Source of the DNA: a virus
Lineage: Duplodnaviria > Caudoviricetes
IMG/VR virus record: IMGVR_UViG_3300004241_000024
Location: 1 to 39,128 of that record
Length of the DNA: 39,128 nucleotides
Direction: 5' to 3' (one strand)
The notes beneath the pieces are model-generated. The model had not been told where the DNA came from. It searched no databases and worked only from the letters and a program-made list of their open reading frames with translations. Every line of letters starts with the position of its first letter. Within the stretch, counting starts at the first letter, position 1. The position numbers and the translations under genes are program-made. This document shows, one piece after another, positions 35,328 through 39,128 of the stretch.

Positions 35328-36011
35328 TTATTTCTTATATTCTTGCGGTAATTCCACAGTTTCTCTAATTACCTCTCTTGTTCTCATGTTTCCCTTCTGC
35401 TGGGTGACGACACCTTTCTCTTCGAGTTTATCCATAATTGATGCCGCCCTCACATAACCAATTCTGAGCATTCTTTGCAGAAACGATGTTGATGCATTCC
35501 CATGTTTTTTGATTAACTCCTCTGCTTTTATCGTTAGCACTTCATCACTAATATATGCAGATGTTACCCTAAGTGTTTCCATGGTTTTCTCACTATTCTT
35601 TACTTTTACGATTTCTACTGGTTCTGCCTTTTCTGAGTAAAGCTCCTCTCTCTCGATTCTCCAAAGTTTATGCTGGCTATCCCTTAGTCTTACATCGCCA
35701 AAGTCCAAAATATTTTTTCCATTTATGAGCTTTTCCCTTCTTTTTTTGGAATGAAGTAGTACACATATTTCTATTACCTCTGCTGGAGATAACTTAAACC
35801 ACTCTCCTGTTACTTTTCTTTTTTTTAGTTTTTTATGGATGGTCTGTTCTATTTCGTGGGCATTTTTTATTTTAGATTTGGTTATTAGACTTATCGGAAA
35901 TGGATTACCTGTTTTTATTCCACTCAGCCGTTTTCTAACACTTGTTGCTATTCCGATTTTATAAAACATCTCTCCGCACTCGATAAGATAGACGTAGTTA
36001 CTTGATTTCAT
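35328..36011 (-). CDS. T5orf172/MUG113 GIY-YIG nuclease fused to an FtsK gamma domain
   Basis: YVYLIE..YKIG...RL...TGNPF...E..IH...GEWF at the N-terminus; ASTSFLQRMLRIGYVRAASIMDKLEEKGVV at the C-terminus. Likely ATG 36011, 5 nt after TGcTACAAT. Confidence 0.85.
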   Translation of the reverse strand: MKSSNYVYLIECGEMFYKIGIATSVRKRLSGIKTGNPFPISLITKSKIKNAHEIEQTIHKKLKKRKVTGEWFKLSPAEVIEICVLLHSKKRREKLINGKNILDFGDVRLRDSQHKLWRIEREELYSEKAEPVEIVKVKNSEKTMETLRVTSAYISDEVLTIKAEELIKKHGNASTSFLQRMLRIGYVRAASIMDKLEEKGVVTQQKGNMRTREVIRETVELPQEYKK

Positions 36012-36105
36012 ATTTAATTGTAGCAAACCACTCCCCCAAATACTATGTATCAAAATAGGGGAACGGTTTATAACTTTTTAACTACTGGACCTTATTGGTT
36101 GTCGT

Positions 36106-36492
36106 GTGTTTTACTTATCAGTGCAGGTAGAGAAAAAAGACAATGATTTTCCCCCCGAGATAAAAGTCAAAAAAAGAACTGAAAGATTTCAAAAAGGTAT
36201 TCCCAATGGTTCGATCATAGAGATAGATCATATCGTCCCAAAATATGCCGGTGGAAAACATGATGAAGGCAACGCCCAAGGGATGACGAGAGCCGAACAT
36301 GCTCATAAACATTTTACCGAAGCTCACGATCCGAGACCGGGAGAAAACCCTCATGCTGAATGGGCCGGTACTCGTTATATTGTTGGAAGGATGAATTTAG
36401 ATGAGTTTACTGATTTTCTGGGGATGGTGGAACCGATGATTCCTGAACTTCGGAATGATCTTCAGAAGAAGCGGGGAAAACCAAAGAAGTAG
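36106..36492 (+). CDS. HNH endonuclease-like protein
   Basis: EIDHIVPKYAGGKHDEGNAQGMTRAEHAHKH; start uncertain. Confidence 0.75.
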   Translation: MFYLSVQVEKKDNDFPPEIKVKKRTERFQKGIPNGSIIEIDHIVPKYAGGKHDEGNAQGMTRAEHAHKHFTEAHDPRPGENPHAEWAGTRYIVGRMNLDEFTDFLGMVEPMIPELRNDLQKKRGKPKK

Positions 36493-36811
36493 CCTCATTG
36501 ATCAAGTCTTTTAAATTCACACCCTCGAATTCTCTTAATTCGGTGTCAACGAATGATAAAAACCAACCATCCTCTACTTTTTGAAGGGCGAAGTAAGATA
36601 CAGCTCCGGCTAACTCTTCCATCAGAATATCAAGTGGTTTTTCCATATCTTTATTGTACTCTTTCACTCCTCTGGCGACCAAGGTATCAAGGATAACCGT
36701 CATGGGTTTTTGTTCGTTTACGGCGATCTGGTGAAGTTGTTTGATTCGGACCGAATGAAGTCTGGGCTGATAAAGGCATTCGTCTCCTTTTCGTATTATT
36801 CTCTCGCTCAT
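36407..36811 (-). CDS. hypothetical protein with possible RHH-like N-terminus
   Basis: LYQPRLHSVRIKQLHQIA...PMTVILD; ATGA-coupled to the upstream ORF. Confidence 0.55.
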   Translation of the reverse strand: MSERIIRKGDECLYQPRLHSVRIKQLHQIAVNEQKPMTVILDTLVARGVKEYNKDMEKPLDILMEELAGAVSYFALQKVEDGWFLSFVDTELREFEGVNLKDLINEATSLVFPASSEDHSEVQESSVPPSPENQ

Positions 36812-37011
36812 TTTAGAGGGCAGGTAATTCCGGAATCAGTGGAATACTCGTCGCAACTGATAATAAAATCCCTGGAGTCCATAAATCTTAGCAGGGCAAT
36901 AGATGACACCACCAGCAAAATAATTACCCAAAAATAAATCACTATCTTGGCGGCAATAAAGTCCCAGATATCTTTTAGTACCTCTGGGATTCTGTCAATT
37001 GGATTAATCAT
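36808..37011 (-). CDS. small membrane protein
   Basis: One TM segment; overlaps both neighbours. Confidence 0.55.
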   Translation of the reverse strand: MINPIDRIPEVLKDIWDFIAAKIVIYFWVIILLVVSSIALLRFMDSRDFIISCDEYSTDSGITCPLK

Positions 37012-37852
37012 TTTGATAGGGTTCTAAATAAGTGGATAAGTCCTCATAGTCATCAAGAGGAAAGTTATTAATCTCCTGAACATTATCAAGACTCAACGCC
37101 ATGGGTGCAACATTCTCTAAATCGACCCTGACAAACTCATTGCCACATCGGGTACACCGGGCGTAAAATTCTTTCGTTCCCACCCTGACGTTTTGACACC
37201 CACATCCCCATTTAGTAAGACTCGATCTCCCCTTCTCCTTTTTCCCGATTTCAAACCAATCAAATCTCCTGCCCCTTACCTCGAACGTTGGAACGTCTGC
37301 CGGTCTCTCGATTCCCATTTCGCGCATTAAAATCGCGAAAGGTGATCCTTCATCAGCCGGAGCAAAGTGACAGCCGACATTGGGGACCACATTCAAACCT
37401 AACTGTTTAGCCATTTCACAAAATTCTTTATTGTGAGTTGATCTTCCCCGCCTATAGGGTTCTTTGCCATATTTTTGCTGTTTTAAATGCAACATCTCGT
37501 GGAGGAGACTTTCAGCCTGCGCCCACTGGCCAAACTTCCACACCTGTTTCCCTTCATTTTCAAAATAGTGAGCGGTGTTTAAAGTGATTTCGTGTAAAAG
37601 ACCTTGGGGATTTCTGACCAGGGTATAGGCTGCTAAAATATTATTATTCCTCATATCCTCAAAGGAGATGACCGGATCAGGAACCTGGCTTCGATCTGTT
37701 CTTAGTATTGGGTCGACGAGTCGATCTCGAAAGATAACAGCTAGACGATATAAATAGGCTGCTTCTTCCTTGTATTTCCAATCAATTGCACTTTCGGCGT
37801 TCTTTCTAACCGCTGGTTGAGGATCATAGACAGAGATAATTATTTCCCCCAT
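37004..37852 (-). CDS. SprT-like zinc metalloprotease domain protein
   Basis: LLHEMLH (HExxH), HNKEF, C-terminal WGCGC...CTRC zinc ribbon. Confidence 0.82.
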   Translation of the reverse strand: MGEIIISVYDPQPAVRKNAESAIDWKYKEEAAYLYRLAVIFRDRLVDPILRTDRSQVPDPVISFEDMRNNNILAAYTLVRNPQGLLHEITLNTAHYFENEGKQVWKFGQWAQAESLLHEMLHLKQQKYGKEPYRRGRSTHNKEFCEMAKQLGLNVVPNVGCHFAPADEGSPFAILMREMGIERPADVPTFEVRGRRFDWFEIGKKEKGRSSLTKWGCGCQNVRVGTKEFYARCTRCGNEFVRVDLENVAPMALSLDNVQEINNFPLDDYEDLSTYLEPYQND

Positions 37853-37859
37853 AGATTAT

Positions 37860-38204
37860 TTAAACACTAGAGTATTTTTTTATCAACTCCAATAAATCTA
37901 AATTCTTGACAGTGGTTCGTCTGACCTTCATAGCACCTTCGTAATACTTGGGATAGTTCTCTTTTAACCATTCTACAAATTCAAGTGGTTGCTGGTGGCT
38001 CCACCTCAAATGACAAAAATAGCACAAAGTTATGGCGTTATCTTCGTTCCACCTTCCGGCTAGATCACGCCTGCCGGCTATGTGGGCACATTGTAAAGTT
38101 TCCGTTTTTCCACATTTTAAACAGCGACCATCTCGTTTTCTAATCCACTTTGAAAAAAGAACATCTAGCTTTTTAGTTAGCTTCTTTCTTTCCTTTTGGG
38201 TCAT
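37860..38204 (-). CDS. NinG-like HNH nuclease
   Basis: LDVLFSKWIRKRD..CLKC...QCAHI..R....RWNEDNAITLCYFCH. Confidence 0.8.
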   Translation of the reverse strand: MTQKERKKLTKKLDVLFSKWIRKRDGRCLKCGKTETLQCAHIAGRRDLAGRWNEDNAITLCYFCHLRWSHQQPLEFVEWLKENYPKYYEGAMKVRRTTVKNLDLLELIKKYSSV

Positions 38205-38380
38205 TTCTTTTTTAGCTTACCGATTAAAGTAATTCCATACTCTGTCTCCCCTTGTTCCTGACAATACATAATGGCTTCCTCTAAAGTTTTAAACTTCTTG
38301 GGATTAAACGTTCCATCTCCCTGAAAATATGTTACCTTAAAAGTCTTGAGATTTAGTATTAAACCGTTATCGGACGACAT
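38201..38380 (-). CDS. hypothetical protein (59 aa, not in ORF track)
   Basis: MSSDNGLILNLKTF...FKTLEEAI...TEYGITLIGKLKKK*; ATGA-coupled to the NinG-like gene. Confidence 0.6.
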   Translation of the reverse strand: MSSDNGLILNLKTFKVTYFQGDGTFNPKKFKTLEEAIMYCQEQGETEYGITLIGKLKKK

Positions 38381-38507
38381 CCATCTCCTTTAGCTTTTGA
38401 TAGAGTTTAGCCTTCTCTTTACCGTGGAATAATCGTTCTTTAGCGTGACGCTTTAGTATTTTTTTAGACTTCTTTCTCCTCAAAAACTTTTCTTCAAAAG
38501 GTTTCAT
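38367..38507 (-). CDS. small basic protein (46 aa, not in ORF track)
   Basis: MKPFEEKFLRRKKSKK...KLKEMDVVR*; overlaps both neighbours. Confidence 0.55.
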   Translation of the reverse strand: MKPFEEKFLRRKKSKKILKRHAKERLFHGKEKAKLYQKLKEMDVVR

Positions 38508-38782
38508 TTCTTTTTTAACTGTTTAAGTCTAACTTCAAATTCAGCTAAAGCACTATTCCAACCAACATCGTAGCCAGTTTTATCCTTTTCTTTTTTAATC
38601 CACATAATCTTTATAATCTCTTTTACTTTCTCAAGTGTTTCATTGACCGAGAGTTGGTGTTGGTGGGTGAGAAGGGAGTCCAAATCTTCTATTGTTTTTA
38701 GACTATTCAAAATATTGGTTAGTCTAATTGTTCTATTCACAGATTTAATCATTCCTTTCTCCCACTCTAATTGTTTCTTCAT
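38504..38782 (-). CDS. hypothetical phage protein
   Basis: 92 aa with GYDVGWNSAL motif; ATGA-coupled. Confidence 0.65.
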   Translation of the reverse strand: MKKQLEWEKGMIKSVNRTIRLTNILNSLKTIEDLDSLLTHQHQLSVNETLEKVKEIIKIMWIKKEKDKTGYDVGWNSALAEFEVRLKQLKKK

Positions 38783-38925
38783 TTATTCTTTTTAATTTTT
38801 AACTTTGGTGTGACATCTACAAACTTACACCCCATTTGTTTTTCAAAAAAATCAATAAACAGTTTAGTTTTTGGATCTACCGTAGATTTGTCTAAATTCC
38901 AGGTGTGAATTATTTTAGGTTTCAT
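38779..38925 (-). CDS. hypothetical protein (48 aa, not in ORF track)
   Basis: MKPKIIHTWNLDKST...MGCKFVDVTPKLKIKKNK*; ATGA-coupled. Confidence 0.55.
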   Translation of the reverse strand: MKPKIIHTWNLDKSTVDPKTKLFIDFFEKQMGCKFVDVTPKLKIKKNK

Positions 38926-39067
38926 AGAAATTATAAAAATTTATAGCGGTAAGAATTATCCAGAACACAGTCCAACCTAAGTCGTGATTATGCATTTCCG
39001 TAGATAGTCCCCATAGACTTCCAATTACAGCCAGTCCGTCAATCAATTTTAATAATTTATTTTTCAT
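38915..39067 (-). CDS. small membrane protein (50 aa, not in ORF track)
   Basis: MKNKLLKLIDGLAVIGSLWG...LGWTVFWIILTAINF; two short hydrophobic segments. Confidence 0.5.
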   Translation of the reverse strand: MKNKLLKLIDGLAVIGSLWGLSTEMHNHDLGWTVFWIILTAINFYNFYET

Positions 39068-39128
39068 TTCTTCTTTTTAATTTTTAACTTCTTCTGTAAA
39101 TCTAAATGTTCTCCGCTAGTTTCAACAC

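Noticed and set aside
35321-35330. Single GTATCAGTTA matching the integrase arm motif
   Set aside because: Isolated copy with no paired repeat or core; plausible by chance in 39 kb.
1-39128. CRISPR array, DGR or retron
   Set aside because: No regularly spaced DNA repeats with spacers, no reverse transcriptase, and no adenine-specific TR/VR pair seen.
1-39128. Terminal repeats or proof of a complete circular genome
   Set aside because: The ends share only a 4-bp inverted GTGT/ACAC, so completeness cannot be claimed.
1-39128. Stop-codon recoding
   Set aside because: Long genes are intact in code 11, and TGA, TAG and TAA all end genes at sensible places.

Overview
The window is mostly one temperate tailed-phage genome segment. 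It has a podovirus-like (P22-type) head and tail set with no tape measure gene, and nearly all backbone genes lie on the minus strand. Read along the minus strand from the right end, it contains: small coupled ORFs, NinG-like HNH, SprT-like protein, a GIY-YIG/FtsK-gamma fusion, adaptor, portal, tail and ejection proteins, terS/terL, scaffold, major capsid, two methyltransferase-like genes, a glycosyltransferase, a 1428-aa Ser/Thr repeat fibre, tail fibre/LamG proteins and a CHAP lysis cassette. The left part (about 1.3-10 kb) holds a tyrosine integrase followed by an attP-like site (tRNA-Lys(CTT) 3' fragment with arm repeats on both sides), a BglII-family REase plus MT-A70 methyltransferase, and a relaxase-like/coupling-ATPase/excisionase operon facing a membrane-tethered HTH protein. 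Most backbone genes lack Shine-Dalgarno motifs or look leaderless, which suggests a Patescibacteria-type host (inference only). The most notable signals are: four intergenic elements with a 9-bp leader/hairpin pairing, a conserved RGCGTTGT element near predicted late transcription starts, four head-module proteins ending in [YF]GL, a mobilisation module in a phage with no visible replicase, and a candidate fibre glycosylation system. All family assignments come from motifs read by eye; no searches were run.
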